Positions 40,011-50,205 of a DNA stretch of 64,000 bases are shown here, piece by piece. The notes below the pieces were generated by a model. The model made no database searches. It was given only the letters and a program-made list of their open reading frames with translations, and was not told where the DNA came from. The DNA comes from Thermoanaerobaculia bacterium (GTDB taxonomy: Bacteria > Acidobacteriota > Thermoanaerobaculia > Multivoradales > Multivoraceae). Within the stretch, counting starts at the first letter, position 1, and each line of letters begins with the position of its first letter. Where the stretch lies: the NCBI GenBank assembly GCA_022824725.1, contig JAJDZH010000018.1, forward strand, positions 321 to 64,320, given 5' to 3'. Made by a program: the position numbers and the translations under genes.

Positions 40011-40130
40011 GGACTGGGGGCGGCACACTGGGTGCGCCGGCGCCCTCGCCGGCTCGTAGCCGCGGGTCTTCCGACCCGGGGAAAGAAGACGCGCCGCGAA
40101 GCGGCGACCATCCTGCCGCGCTAGCTCGAC
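40011..40130. repeat. REP/MITE-like element (type 1, full length)
   Basis: CACTGGGTGCGCCGGCGCCCTCGCCGGC...CCGCGGGTCTTCCGACCCGGGG...GCGCCGCGAAGCGGCGACCATCCTGCCGCGCTAG. Confidence 0.75.
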
Positions 40131-40414
40131 TGGATCCTTTTGCTGGAGCCCCGGTAGTCGGTGGCTCGTATCTGAAGCGCGGCGACCTTGTTCCGCAGCG
40201 TGTTGCGATGGAGACCCAGGTGGTTTGCCGAGTTGGTGAGGTTTCCTTGGTTGAGTCGTAGGGAAGCGAGGATGAACTGCCGTTCGAAGATCCCGCGGGC
40301 CTGTGCCAGGGTGACACCCTGGGAAGCCAGTTGGTTCACGAGGCGGTCAAGCTGGCCGTTGAGATCCTCGTTCGCGTCGTCCGGAGAGCGGTTGTCTGGG
40401 CTGAGTGGCTTCAA
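40121..40414 (-). CDS. Fis-family helix-turn-helix DNA-binding protein
   Basis: C-terminal GNLTNSANHLGLHRNTLRNK is a Fis/NtrC-type HTH. Confidence 0.6.
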   Translation of the reverse strand: MKPLSPDNRSPDDANEDLNGQLDRLVNQLASQGVTLAQARGIFERQFILASLRLNQGNLTNSANHLGLHRNTLRNKVAALQIRATDYRGSSKRIQSS

Positions 40415-40471
40415 CGCGAGTCACATGCCGAAACAGCGATTTTAGCACAGGAACGCCGGCGCGAGCCTCGT

Positions 40472-41347
40472 TCAGTTGTCGACGTTCTCCTCCGTGCGCG
40501 GACCATCCGGTCGATTCGGGTCCGGTCGGATGGGTGAGGCCGGCAGGCTGGTTCGGAGCTTGCGGAGCTGCTCCTCCGAAGGCGCCTTCTTGATCCAGGG
40601 GCTGTCTGGAAACTCGTTGCGCAGCCGGTCGCAGGCTTCGCGCAGGTACTCGTAGCGGTCGAGTCCCAACCGGCTCGGAATCTGCTGGAGCACCAGGCGG
40701 TACGTGAGGCACATGTGGGCGAGGATCTTGTCGGGCTCCGGGTAGTCCGGGTACTGCTCGAGCATCTCCCTGAAGCGATTTCCCGCAGCCGTGGGAGTAC
40801 GGAAACGGTAGTAGAAGGACCCGACGACGAACTCGTGCTCCGCCACATGGTTGCGGACCTCGACGATGCGTTGCGCCGCCTGACCGGCGAACTGACTGGT
40901 CGGATACAGCCGGCGGACGTTCTCGAACTCCGTCAGCGCCTGCCGGGCCGTCTGTTGATCGCGGTCGGGCTTCTCCATTCGTTCGGCGAGGGAGCCCGCG
41001 AGACGGAACTGGGCGTACGCCGCCTGGTCGGAGGTCGGAAAGCGGTTCAGGAAGTCCCGGTAGCGCTGCTCGGCTTCGACGTACGACTGGTAGCCGCCGC
41101 GCAGGAACAGGGCGTCCGCGGCCAGCAGCAGTCCTTCACGGCCGGTCTCCGAGTTCGGTTCGACCTCGAAGGCGTGGACGAGATGTTCGCGCGCCTGGGT
41201 GAACTTCTCGTCTTCCAGCAGTTGCTTGCCGATCTCCAGGGCCTCGGCCGACGAGAGCCGCAGGATGGGGTCGTCCTTGACGCCACCGCACGCGGCGGTC
41301 AGGGCCAGCGCGGCCGCCAGCAGGATCTCCGCGCCGCGACGGCTCAT
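40472..41347 (-). CDS. bamD: outer membrane protein assembly factor BamD-like lipoprotein
   Basis: Lipobox LTAACGG; TPR-like repeats; BamD-like length and layout. Confidence 0.65.
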   Translation of the reverse strand: MSRRGAEILLAAALALTAACGGVKDDPILRLSSAEALEIGKQLLEDEKFTQAREHLVHAFEVEPNSETGREGLLLAADALFLRGGYQSYVEAEQRYRDFLNRFPTSDQAAYAQFRLAGSLAERMEKPDRDQQTARQALTEFENVRRLYPTSQFAGQAAQRIVEVRNHVAEHEFVVGSFYYRFRTPTAAGNRFREMLEQYPDYPEPDKILAHMCLTYRLVLQQIPSRLGLDRYEYLREACDRLRNEFPDSPWIKKAPSEEQLRKLRTSLPASPIRPDPNRPDGPRTEENVDN

Positions 41348-41997
41348 TCGCCCGCCTGCCGTCGGAGGGCGACGAGGGTCTCGACGGGCCTGTCCGCGGC
41401 GAAGATGCCGGAACCGACGACGGCGACGTCGACGCCGGCGGCGGCCACTTCGTCCAGGTTGCCGGGCTTGATTCCGCCGTCCATCTCGATGCTCACGGGC
41501 AGGCCCCGCTCGTCGACGACGGCGCGGAGCCGCCGGCCCTTGTCGAGCACTTCGGGGTGGAAGGCCTGGCCGGCGAAACCGGGCACGACCGACATCAGCA
41601 GCACGAAGTCCAGTTGGTCCAGGTAGGGCAGGAGTTCGTCCAGCGGCGTCGCCGGGTTGATCGCCACGCCGGCGCCGGCGCCATGCTCGCGGATGCGCGC
41701 CGCGAGCCGTCCCGGCTCTTCAGTCGCTTCGTGATGGATCGACACCCAGGCCGGCCCGCTGTCGAGATACCGGTCGAGGAGCGCTTCGGGGGTCGAGACC
41801 ATCAGGTGGATGTCGAAGCCGACGCTCGTTCGCCTGGCCAGGTCCGTGATCACCGGCGGCCCGAAGGTCAGGTTGGGCACGAAGTGGCCGTCCATCACGT
41901 CGACGTGGATCAACTGCGCGCCGCCGTCCTCGCAGAGTCCGACCGCGGAGGCGAGGTCGGCGAGGTCCGCCGCCAGGATCGAAGGCGCAATCTTCAT
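41344..41997 (-). CDS. rpe: ribulose-phosphate 3-epimerase
   Basis: MKIAPSILAADLADL...HVDVMDGHFVPNLTFG. Confidence 0.85.
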   Translation of the reverse strand: MKIAPSILAADLADLASAVGLCEDGGAQLIHVDVMDGHFVPNLTFGPPVITDLARRTSVGFDIHLMVSTPEALLDRYLDSGPAWVSIHHEATEEPGRLAARIREHGAGAGVAINPATPLDELLPYLDQLDFVLLMSVVPGFAGQAFHPEVLDKGRRLRAVVDERGLPVSIEMDGGIKPGNLDEVAAAGVDVAVVGSGIFAADRPVETLVALRRQAGE

Positions 41998-42028
41998 CGT
42001 CGGGTTCTTGCGGGCGTGCTTGGCGGGT

Positions 42029-42811
42029 TCAGCGGCTGTCTTGCGCGGCTACGACGAGGGCGATCGAATCGCTCTGGCGCAGGGGGTGGCCCGGAAGCGG
42101 GTACTGACGCAGGATGATCCCGGCTGGGACGCCTTCGTAGGGTTCGTACTTTACCCTTCCGAGCCGGAATCCGCGCGTCTCGAAGAACTCGCGGACCGGG
42201 TCCTCGGGCAGGTCGATCAGGTCCGGCATGACGTACATCGTTCCCGGGTTGGCCAGGCTGACCATCAGGTCCACCTGGGACGAGGGGTCGATCCGGCTGC
42301 CGGCTGGAGGATCCTGGCGGACCACGGTGCCCGGCACGCCGGAGTCGGCGAACACGCTCCGGCTCCTGCCCATCTGCAGGCCCGAGGCCGTCAGGCTCAC
42401 CTGGGCCGTCTGCAGTACCTGGCCGCTCAGGTCCGGCGTCTCGACGAGCTCCCGGCCGCGCGACAGGTACACGATCACGCTGCTGCCTTCCTTGACCGCG
42501 CTGCCGGCGGGAGGGTCCTGCCGGAGCACATGGCCCGCCGGGACCGCCTCGTCGAAGCGGTCGTCCTCCACGCGCTGCAATGCCAGGCCCGCGGTGGCGA
42601 GGCCCGCTTCGGCCTCGCTTCGATCGAGGCCGACCAGGTCGGGCGCCGCGATGACGCCGCTGCGGACGAAGTTCGAGAGCGCCAGGTAGGACGAAGCGCC
42701 CAGCAGGGCGACGAGCAGGCCCCCGTAGGCAGCGAGGAGCACGCCTCGCCTGAGCCAGGGATGGCGTATCGCCTTGCCGGTCCAGTCCCGGAGCTTGCCT
42801 GCCTTCGTCAT
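42029..42811 (-). CDS. membrane-anchored protein with three PASTA domains (no kinase or PBP domain)
   Basis: N-terminal TM; three repeats of the PASTA pattern (PDLVGL.., VRQDPPAGS.. x2). Confidence 0.65.
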   Translation of the reverse strand: MTKAGKLRDWTGKAIRHPWLRRGVLLAAYGGLLVALLGASSYLALSNFVRSGVIAAPDLVGLDRSEAEAGLATAGLALQRVEDDRFDEAVPAGHVLRQDPPAGSAVKEGSSVIVYLSRGRELVETPDLSGQVLQTAQVSLTASGLQMGRSRSVFADSGVPGTVVRQDPPAGSRIDPSSQVDLMVSLANPGTMYVMPDLIDLPEDPVREFFETRGFRLGRVKYEPYEGVPAGIILRQYPLPGHPLRQSDSIALVVAAQDSR

Positions 42812-42821
42812 CGGACCGCCG

Positions 42822-44132
42822 TCAGCGCCCGAGGCCGGGCAGGTTCTTCACCAGGTCGGAGTAGATCGCGAACAGCATGATGGCGACGACCAGCGCCAAA
42901 CCGAACTGGGTGACCAGGCCCTTGATCTGGAGGGAAAGGTCGCGTCGAAGAACGCTCTCTAGCAGCAGGATGGCGAGCTGGCCGCCGTCGAGGATCGGGA
43001 TGGGCAGCAGGTTCAGGATGCAGAGATTCAGGCTGATCAGGGCCATCAGGAACACCAGGTCGCTGAAGCTCCTGCGAGCCGCCTGACCGCTGATCCGGCT
43101 GATCTCGATCGGGCCGGCCAGCGCGCTCTGCGGCGAAACGCGCCGTTCCAGCATGCCGCCCAGAAAGTCGAAGATCTCCGTCGTCGTCTCCCAGTTGATG
43201 CGGGCGCTTTCGGCGATGGCCGCGACCGGGCCGACGCGCTGATAGGAGAAGTGGCTGATCGCGATGCCGGCGCGGCCGACGCCGCCCTCTTCCTCCGGCA
43301 CGAGCCGCAAGACCAGACGATCCTCGCCACGGCCGATCTCGAGGCTCACCTCCTGGCCCGCGCGCGGCTCGACGAGCCGCCGGAAGTCGTCCGCGTTGGC
43401 GACGGGATGGCCGTCGACGGCGTAGAGCGTGTCTCCGTAGCGCAGACCCGACGCCTCGGCCGGAGTGTCTTCGAAGACCTGGCGGACCCGCGGCAGGAGG
43501 CTGGCGTAGAGCCCCGCGTCGCCCAGCTCGTAGCGCGGCATCCGGCGAGGGACGAGTACCGTGCTCAGGGCTTCGCCGTCGCGTTCGAAGTCGACCGCGA
43601 GCCGGCGTTCCGGCGACATCAGGACGGTGTTCGAAACCTCTCTCCACTCGGACACTTCCTCGCCGTCCAGACGCAGGATCACGTCGCCCGCCAGTAGCCC
43701 GGCTTCGGCCGCGGCCGAGTCGGGCGCCACGCCGCCGATCTCGCTGCTCAGGTCCCGCGGTCCCGCCAACTCCGTCCCGGCCATCAGCACCGCCGCGATC
43801 AGGACGATCGACAGCACGACGTTGGCCGCCGGACCTGCCAGGAGAACGACCATTCGCTGCCAGCGCGGCTTGGCGGTGAAGTCGCCCGCGTCGCCGGTCG
43901 GGTTCGCGGCGTCGATTCCCGAGAAGGCGACATAGCCGCCGAGCGGGATCATGGCCAGCCGGTACTCCGTGCCGCCTCGTTCGAAGCCCCAGATGCGGGA
44001 ACCGATGCCGATGGAGAAGACCCGGACCCTGATCCGGAACAGCCTCGCGGCCACGAAGTGCCCCAGTTCGTGGATGAAGATGATCACTCCGACCACGACC
44101 AGGAAGGCCAGGATGTTGCTCAGGAAGTTCAT
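42822..44132 (-). CDS. rseP: RIP metalloprotease RseP (site-2 protease) with PDZ domains
   Basis: MNFLSNILAFLVVVGVIIFIHELGHFVAARL HExxH N-terminus; C-terminal LDGG motif. Confidence 0.8.
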   Translation of the reverse strand: MNFLSNILAFLVVVGVIIFIHELGHFVAARLFRIRVRVFSIGIGSRIWGFERGGTEYRLAMIPLGGYVAFSGIDAANPTGDAGDFTAKPRWQRMVVLLAGPAANVVLSIVLIAAVLMAGTELAGPRDLSSEIGGVAPDSAAAEAGLLAGDVILRLDGEEVSEWREVSNTVLMSPERRLAVDFERDGEALSTVLVPRRMPRYELGDAGLYASLLPRVRQVFEDTPAEASGLRYGDTLYAVDGHPVANADDFRRLVEPRAGQEVSLEIGRGEDRLVLRLVPEEEGGVGRAGIAISHFSYQRVGPVAAIAESARINWETTTEIFDFLGGMLERRVSPQSALAGPIEISRISGQAARRSFSDLVFLMALISLNLCILNLLPIPILDGGQLAILLLESVLRRDLSLQIKGLVTQFGLALVVAIMLFAIYSDLVKNLPGLGR

Positions 44133-44140
44133 CGCTCGAA

Positions 44141-44198
44141 CTGGGTGCGCCGGCGCCCCCGCCGGCTTCCGGATCTGCCGCGCTAGCGACTCTAACCG
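44141..44198. repeat. REP/MITE-like element (short form) abutting the dxr stop
   Basis: AACTGGGTGCGCCGGCGCCCCCGCCGGCTTCCGGATCTGCCGCGCTAG. Confidence 0.7.
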
Positions 44199-45389
44199 CC
44201 AACCTGCACGAGGACTTCCCGGGCACGGCGGCGACCCCAGGAATCCCACTCCAGGGCCTCGTCGATCGTCGCCGGCTCCGCGCCGCCGGCCTCGCGGCCG
44301 TGACGGTCGAGTACTTCCGCCGCCGCCGGCACGATGGCGGCGAAGGACGCCGTGCCGCCCAGGAACGCCGCGACCGCCGTTTCGTTCGCCGCGTTGAGCG
44401 CCGCGGGCGCGCCGTTCCCCCGGATGAGCGCTTCGCGGGCCAGGGACGGCGCCGGGAACACCTCCGGGTCAACGCTTCGGAACCTGAGTTCGGAAGCCGC
44501 CTCGAGCAGCTCGCTCAGTCCGTTCGCGGCGCCGTCGTCGGGGAGCGGCCAGCGTTCGGGATGGGACAGGGCGTAACGGATGGGGTACTCCATGTCGTTG
44601 GCCGAGATCTGGGCGATCGAGTTGCCGTCCCGGAACTCGACGATCGAGTGGACCAGCGACTGCGGGTGGATCAGGATGTCGATCCGGGATCCCGGCACGT
44701 CGAACAGGTAGCTGGCCTCGATGAGTTCCAGTCCCTTGTTCATCAGCGTCGCGGAGTCGACGCTGATCTTGGCCCCCATGTTCCAGGTCGGATGGGCCGT
44801 CGCCTCGGCCGGAGTCACCGTGTCGAGAGTGGCCGGGTCGCGGTCCAGGAACGGGCCGCCCGAGGCGGTCAGCACGAGGCGTCTGACCTCCCGGCGCCGT
44901 CCAGCGCGCAGGGCCTGGTGGATCGCGGCGTGTTCACTGTCGACCGGCAGGATCTTCGCGCCCGAGGCTGCCGCCAGCCGGCGCAGGAGTGGGCCCGCGG
45001 CGACCATCGCCTCCTTGTTCGCGAGCGCCAGGTCGGCGCCGGCGGCCAGGGCCGCCGCGGCGGGCCTCAAGCCGGCCGAGCCGACGATCGCCGTCAGCAC
45101 CAGGTCGAGGTGGCGGTCCCCGACCGCGTCGATCAGGGCCGCTTCGCCCCAGCCGACACCCGTGCCGGGCGGCAGGTCGGCGCGCAGTCGCCCCGCCGCT
45201 GCTTCCGTTTCGACGACGATCCGCCGGGGCCGGAACTCGCGCGCCAGCTCGGCGAGCCGCGCGGGCTTCGTGCCCCTCGCCGCCAGCACGCACACCTGGA
45301 GCCTGTCCGGATGCCGGCGGGCCACGGCGAGGGCCGCCTCACCGACCGAGCCGGTGGCGCCGAGTACGGCCAGCTTTCGCGCGCTCACG
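44192..45389 (-). CDS. dxr: 1-deoxy-D-xylulose 5-phosphate reductoisomerase
   Basis: KLAVLGATGSVGE NADPH site and LANKEAMV, SEHAAIHQ motifs; GTG start. Confidence 0.85.
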
Positions 45390-46243
45390 GCAGGAGCGAC
45401 GGCGTCGCACCGGCCTGGATGGCGACGTAGAACGCCGGCGTCGCCAGCAGAACGCTGTCGAGACGGTCGAGCAGCCCGCCATGGCCGGGCAGAAGGCCCC
45501 CCGTGTCCTTGACCTGCACGGCTCGCTTGAGCATCGACTCGACCAGGTCTCCGGCCTGCCCCGCGCCGCCGCAGAGCAGCGCCACGACGGGGACGTCCGG
45601 GCCGAGCGCTTCGGGACCGCGCCAGAGCAGGACGACCGCGACCCCGGCGGCGCAACTGGCGGCCAGGCCGCTCACCGCGCCCGCGATCGTCTTCTTCGGG
45701 CTGAGCACCGGCGCCAGCGGCCGGCGTCCGAGCAGGCGGCCGCCGTAGTAGGCGCCGATGTCGCCCAGGGAGACGACGACCAGGACCCAGAGCAGGAGCA
45801 CCGGTTCGACGACGTGGAGTTTGATGGCGGCGACCAGGAACAGCCCGAGCCAGAGGGCGCCGAAGGCGAACAGAGCCGAGGCAAGAAGCCGATCGCGGAT
45901 GTCGGCGTGGCTGGCGAGTCCGACCGCGGCGGTCAGGGCGAGGATGGCGGCCGCGGCGGCGAACCAGGTGCCGGCGCCGCTCAGGCCAGCCGGCAGCGGC
46001 ACGTCGATCAGCTCGTTCGCGGTCGTGTCGGCCAGGGCCAGCACGCCGACCGCGAGCCATAGCGCCCAGCTCACGGTGCGCGATACGACGATCCTCCGCA
46101 CCAGGGTGCCGTACTCGGCCGCGGCCACGAGAATCACGAGCGTGGCCGCCACTCCGAACAGAACGGGGTCGAGGTAGAGGACCAGGGCGGCCGTCAGCGC
46201 CGCGGTCACGACGCCCGTGACAACGCGTTTCATTTGCGGGAAT
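45385..46243 (-). CDS. cdsA: phosphatidate cytidylyltransferase
   Basis: Multi-TM protein; the C-terminal PLAPVLSPKKTIAG...HGGLLDRLDS motif is diagnostic. Confidence 0.8.
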
Positions 46244-46988
46244 CGTATTCCACGCTGTCCAGGCACAGGCCGCGGGCAGGGGCGTTCGGTCCGGCGGCGC
46301 TGCGGGCGCCACCCTTGAGCAGCGCCGCCAGATCGGCCAGCGTCCGGCGGCCGCGGCCCACCTCCAGCATCGTGCCCACCAGGGCGCGGACCATGCCGCG
46401 AAGGAATCCGTCGCCGGCGACCCGGAACCGGATCTCGTCCCCCTGTTCGGCCCATCCGGCTTCGCGAATCGTCCGCAGCGGACTCCCGTGGCTGCCGCCC
46501 GCCTTGGCGAAGGCCGAGAAGTCGTGCCGGCCCGTGATCAGGGCGGCGGCGGTCTTCATCGACTCGAGATCGAGTTCTCGCGGCGCCGGGACGACGAAGG
46601 GCGCCCGGAACGGGTCGATCACCGGCGCGGTGCAGAGTCGATAGATGTAGACCTTGAGCGAGGCGCTCTTGCGGGCGTGAAACGAGTCGTCGGCGGCGTC
46701 GGCGGCGAGCACCCGGATCGCCGCCGGGAGGTGGTGGTTCACGCCCTGGACGAGCGCCCGGCGGGTTTCGCCGGACGGCACGTTCCCGGCGGGAAGGTCG
46801 AGGTGCGCCGTCTGGCCGGCGGCGTGGACGCCGGCGTCGGTGCGGCCGGCCCCATGGACGGTGGCGTTCCGGCCGGTAACCGCCGCCACTGCCTCCTCCA
46901 CCAACTGCTGGATCGCCAGGGCGTTGTCCTGGCGTTGCCAGCCGGCATGGTCCGACCCGTCGTAGGCGATCAGCAGGCGGTACCTCAT
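46230..46988 (-). CDS. truA: tRNA pseudouridine(38-40) synthase
   Basis: MRYRLLIAYDGSDHAGWQRQ...GAGRTDAGVHA catalytic-Asp region. Confidence 0.8.
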   Translation of the reverse strand: MRYRLLIAYDGSDHAGWQRQDNALAIQQLVEEAVAAVTGRNATVHGAGRTDAGVHAAGQTAHLDLPAGNVPSGETRRALVQGVNHHLPAAIRVLAADAADDSFHARKSASLKVYIYRLCTAPVIDPFRAPFVVPAPRELDLESMKTAAALITGRHDFSAFAKAGGSHGSPLRTIREAGWAEQGDEIRFRVAGDGFLRGMVRALVGTMLEVGRGRRTLADLAALLKGGARSAAGPNAPARGLCLDSVEYDSRK

Positions 46989-48590
46989 GGTGTTGGCGTC
47001 CTGGAACGTCGGCGGTCGATCAGGAACAGGCACAGCGGCGGCAGCCAGACGGCGCCGTAGACCCAGGGAAAGTACGGAACTCCGGCGAGAGCCGGAAGAT
47101 ACGCCAGGGGCAGGGTCGCCGAAAGCACGAGGATCGCGCGGGCGCCGGTCAGCGCCGCCCAGGGGAGGAGCCAGATCAGGTACCACGGGTAGAACGTGGG
47201 GCTCATCAGGAGAACGGCGCCGAAGGCGCCGAACGCGGCCCGGACCGGTCCCGGACGCCGCCGCCACAGGCGAAGCCAGAGAGCGGCGGCGGCGACCAGG
47301 AGCACGAGGCGGGCGAGGAACTGGGGATAGGCGTAGGAGTAGAGCGTGCTCCACGGAGTCGCCGCGACCTCGCCGCCGAAGATCACCCGGACCAGGTGGA
47401 CGACCCCGGAAGCGGCCAGGTCGAGCCGCAGCACTCCGATCAGGCGCCACAGCGGCTCGTAGAAGGGACCGTTGTACTCCCAGCGCAGCGCGTACTCCAC
47501 GAGACCGGGCGGCACGCCGCGGGTCCACAGCAGCACGGCGGCCGTCGCCGGCAGCAGCAGCGCGGCAGCGCCGACCGCGAAGCGCCGCCTCTGCCGGCCA
47601 TCGCCGTACCGCCACCAGAGAGGCAACGCGACCAGGGGCACCAGCTTCGCCAGCACGGCAAGAGCAGCCACCATCCCGGCCGCCCCCCACTGGGCGCCCC
47701 GGCGCCCCGGCGGAGCGAGGCCTTCGGCCTCGCGCGTGTTCTTCGGAGGGCCGACGAGGGCGTCGGCGCACCCAGTGTGCAACTCCGTCGCCGCCTCCCA
47801 CTGGGTGCGCCGGCGCCCTCGTCGGCTGCCGCCGGAGGCGGCCTGAGAATCGGGCCGGCCGTCAGGCTGGCCACCTCTCGTCCGCCCGCCAACCCCAAGC
47901 AGCCACACACAACCGACAACCAGCGACGCCCCCAGCACGTCGACATGCCCCATGCCGGCCCCCTCGACGACCAGCAGCGGATTCCAGACGTACGCGAGAG
48001 CCGCCCAGCCATTGCCGCGACGCCGCGCCAGCGCCAGCAGCAGAACACAGCCGGCCAGGTCCACGGCGGCCAGCGCCAGCTTGTAGGCAAGCAACGGCTC
48101 GGGAAGGACCGCGGCGCCGGCGAAGATTCCCAGTGCCAGCGGCGGATACACAGTGGCGATCTCGCGATGTCCGGTCTTCGTCCAGAGGTCGTCACGCAAC
48201 CCGGCGAGGCTCTCGTCGTCCGGCGTCAGGAGATACGGGTTCGATCCCGAGGCGGCGACCCGTCCGTCCCACAGGTAGCGGTAGACGTCGTCGGAGAGGC
48301 CCGGGGTCAGCGGCAGCGCGAGCAGGCGGAGCACGACGGCCACCGCCAGGACGCCCGCGACCGGAACCTCGCGCCGCGAGTCCGTCGCCGCGCCGAGGCG
48401 GCGCAGCCCCCACCACAGCGCGGCGAACGCCAGCAGCAGGACCAGCAGGAAGGAGATGCCGGCGCCCGGAGCGCCCGGCGCCGGTCCGAAGCCGGCGAAG
48501 TCGAGCGCCAGGAGCGCGGCGAAGCAGGCGAGCAGGGGCCAGGCCGCGGCCAGCGCCGCGGAGCGGTCGCCGCTTCTCGGCGCGTCTTCT
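46985..48590 (-). CDS. GT-C-fold membrane glycosyltransferase (DUF2029/GT87-like), carrying an in-frame repeat insertion
   Basis: Multi-TM; loop motif LSDDVYRYLWDGRVAASGSNPY; the ORF reads through a 200-bp composite repeat at 47680-47880; the 5' end is uncertain (no ATG downstream of the upstream repeat). Confidence 0.5.
47680..47880. repeat. composite head-to-head REP/MITE element inside a coding region
   Basis: GAGCGAGGCCTTCGGCCTCGCGCG...GGGCGTCGGCGCACCCAGTG-24nt-CACTGGGTGCGCCGGCGCCC...GCTGCCGCCGGAGGCGGCC; near identical to the element at 58320-58500. Confidence 0.7.
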
Positions 48591-48660
48591 TTCCGCGGGT
48601 CGGAAGACCCGCGGCTACGAGCCGGCGGGGGCGCCGGCGCACCCAGTCCGGCAACGCCGG
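48590..48660. repeat. REP/MITE-like element (type 1, inverted orientation) in a divergent intergenic region
   Basis: Reverse complement of the 40040-40100 unit: GGCGCGTCTTCTTTCCGCGGGTCGGAAGACCCGCGGCTACGAGCCGGCGGGGGCGCCGGCGCACCCAGT. Confidence 0.7.
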
Positions 48661-48707
48661 CTCCCGGTGCTCCTGGCATTCGTGGCCTTGCCATATCGTC
48701 AACGTCC

Positions 48708-50195
48708 GTGCTTCTGCCGGTCTACTACGCCGTTCTCGGTACGCTCGCTCTCTACGGACTGCATCGCCTGGTCCTGCTCCTGGTGCTTCGCGTGTCGCGA
48801 TCGTCGGTCGCCGGCGAGGATGGCGGCGCGGACGCCGCTGGCGTCCAAGATAGCGCGCAGGACGATGTCGAGTGGCCCCGGGTCACCGTCCAACTGCCGA
48901 TCTACAACGAGCGCTACGTCGCGCCCCGGTTGATCGCCGCCGTTCTCGACTTCGACTACCCCGCGGATCGGCTCGAGGTCCAGATCCTCGACGACTCGAC
49001 CGACGACACCGCCGCCCGGGTCGAGGCCGAGCTTGCCCGGGCGTCCGGGCGGAACCGGCCGTTACCGACCGTTCGGCACCTGCGGCGGAAGGATCGGCGG
49101 GGTTTCAAGGCGGGCGCGCTCGCCGCCGGTCTGGAGCGGGCGCGGGGGGAGCTGATCGCGATCTTCGATGCCGACTTCGTGCCGGAACCCGACTTCCTGC
49201 GGCGGACGGTGCCAGTCTTCCGCGATCCCGGCCTGGGCATGGTCCAGGCGTGCTGGGGCCACATGAACCGCAGGGACTCGCTCCTGACCCGCGCTCAGGC
49301 CGTACTCCTGGACGGCCACTTCCTGGTCGAGCAGGCGGCTCGCTACCGGGCGGGCTGCTTCTTCAACTTCAACGGCACAGCGGGGGTGTGGCGGCGGCGG
49401 GCGATCGAGGACGCGGGAGGGTGGCAGGTCGACACCCTGACCGAGGATCTCGACCTCTCCTACCGGGCGCAGCTCGCGGGCTGGCGCTTCATGCTGATGA
49501 CGGACCTCGCGGTGCCGGCGGAGTTGCCGGCCCGGGTCAACGACTTCAAGAGCCAGCAACACCGCTGGGCCCGGGGATCCGCCCAGACGATGCGCAAGCT
49601 CCTCGGGCGGATCCTGCGCAGCGGGGTGAGGCCGCGGGTCAAGCTGGCGGCTGCCGCGCACCTCACGTCGGGCATCTGCTACCCGCTGCTCGTGGCTCTC
49701 GGCCTCCTCCTGTTGCCGGCCATCCTGGAGCGGCAGGAGTCGCCGCACCTGCTGCTGTGGATCGACGCACCCCTGTTCCTGCTCGGGACGGTGGCGGTCG
49801 CCGGTTGCTACGCCGCCGGCCAGCGCCGGGCCGGGAGGCGCGGGTCCAGGTTCTGGTTCGAGGTGCCGCTCGCGATGTCCATCGGCATCGGCCTGTCGCT
49901 CAACAACTCGGCCGCGACGATCAGCGGCCTGCTGCGCCGCGGCGGCGTCTTCGCCCGTACGCCGAAGATCCCGGCCGCCGCCCGGAACCCGCCCGCGCTC
50001 TACAGGTCGGCCGCGGTATGGAGTCTCTGGGGCGAAGCGACTCTCGCGCTCTACTTCTGGGCCTGCGTTGCCGCCGCGGGACTCTACGGTCGCTGGTGGT
50101 CCCTGCCCTTTCTCTACCTGTTCGCCCAGGGGTATAGCCTGATCGCCCTCGGCGGCGCCCTGCCCCGGCTGGGGCGGCGTGCCGAAACCACGTAG
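48708..50195 (+). CDS. GT2-family processive glycosyltransferase (cellulose-synthase-like/CslA-like)
   Basis: DDSTDDT, DADF and QQHRWARG (QxxRW) motifs with flanking TM helices; proposed GTG start at 48708. Confidence 0.7.
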   Translation: MLLPVYYAVLGTLALYGLHRLVLLLVLRVSRSSVAGEDGGADAAGVQDSAQDDVEWPRVTVQLPIYNERYVAPRLIAAVLDFDYPADRLEVQILDDSTDDTAARVEAELARASGRNRPLPTVRHLRRKDRRGFKAGALAAGLERARGELIAIFDADFVPEPDFLRRTVPVFRDPGLGMVQACWGHMNRRDSLLTRAQAVLLDGHFLVEQAARYRAGCFFNFNGTAGVWRRRAIEDAGGWQVDTLTEDLDLSYRAQLAGWRFMLMTDLAVPAELPARVNDFKSQQHRWARGSAQTMRKLLGRILRSGVRPRVKLAAAAHLTSGICYPLLVALGLLLLPAILERQESPHLLLWIDAPLFLLGTVAVAGCYAAGQRRAGRRGSRFWFEVPLAMSIGIGLSLNNSAATISGLLRRGGVFARTPKIPAAARNPPALYRSAAVWSLWGEATLALYFWACVAAAGLYGRWWSLPFLYLFAQGYSLIALGGALPRLGRRAETT

Positions 50196-50205
50196 CAGCC
50201 CGGCG

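Noticed and set aside
39923-40111. Small ORFs starting MVAASRR... encoded inside the repeat elements (also 21907-23310, AVAASRR in 47396-48853)
   Set aside because: The recurring peptide comes from the conserved GCGCCGCGAAGCGGCGACCAT tail of the element read on the reverse strand. The ATG is not conserved in all copies and the downstream frames diverge at once, so this is a repeat, not a gene family.
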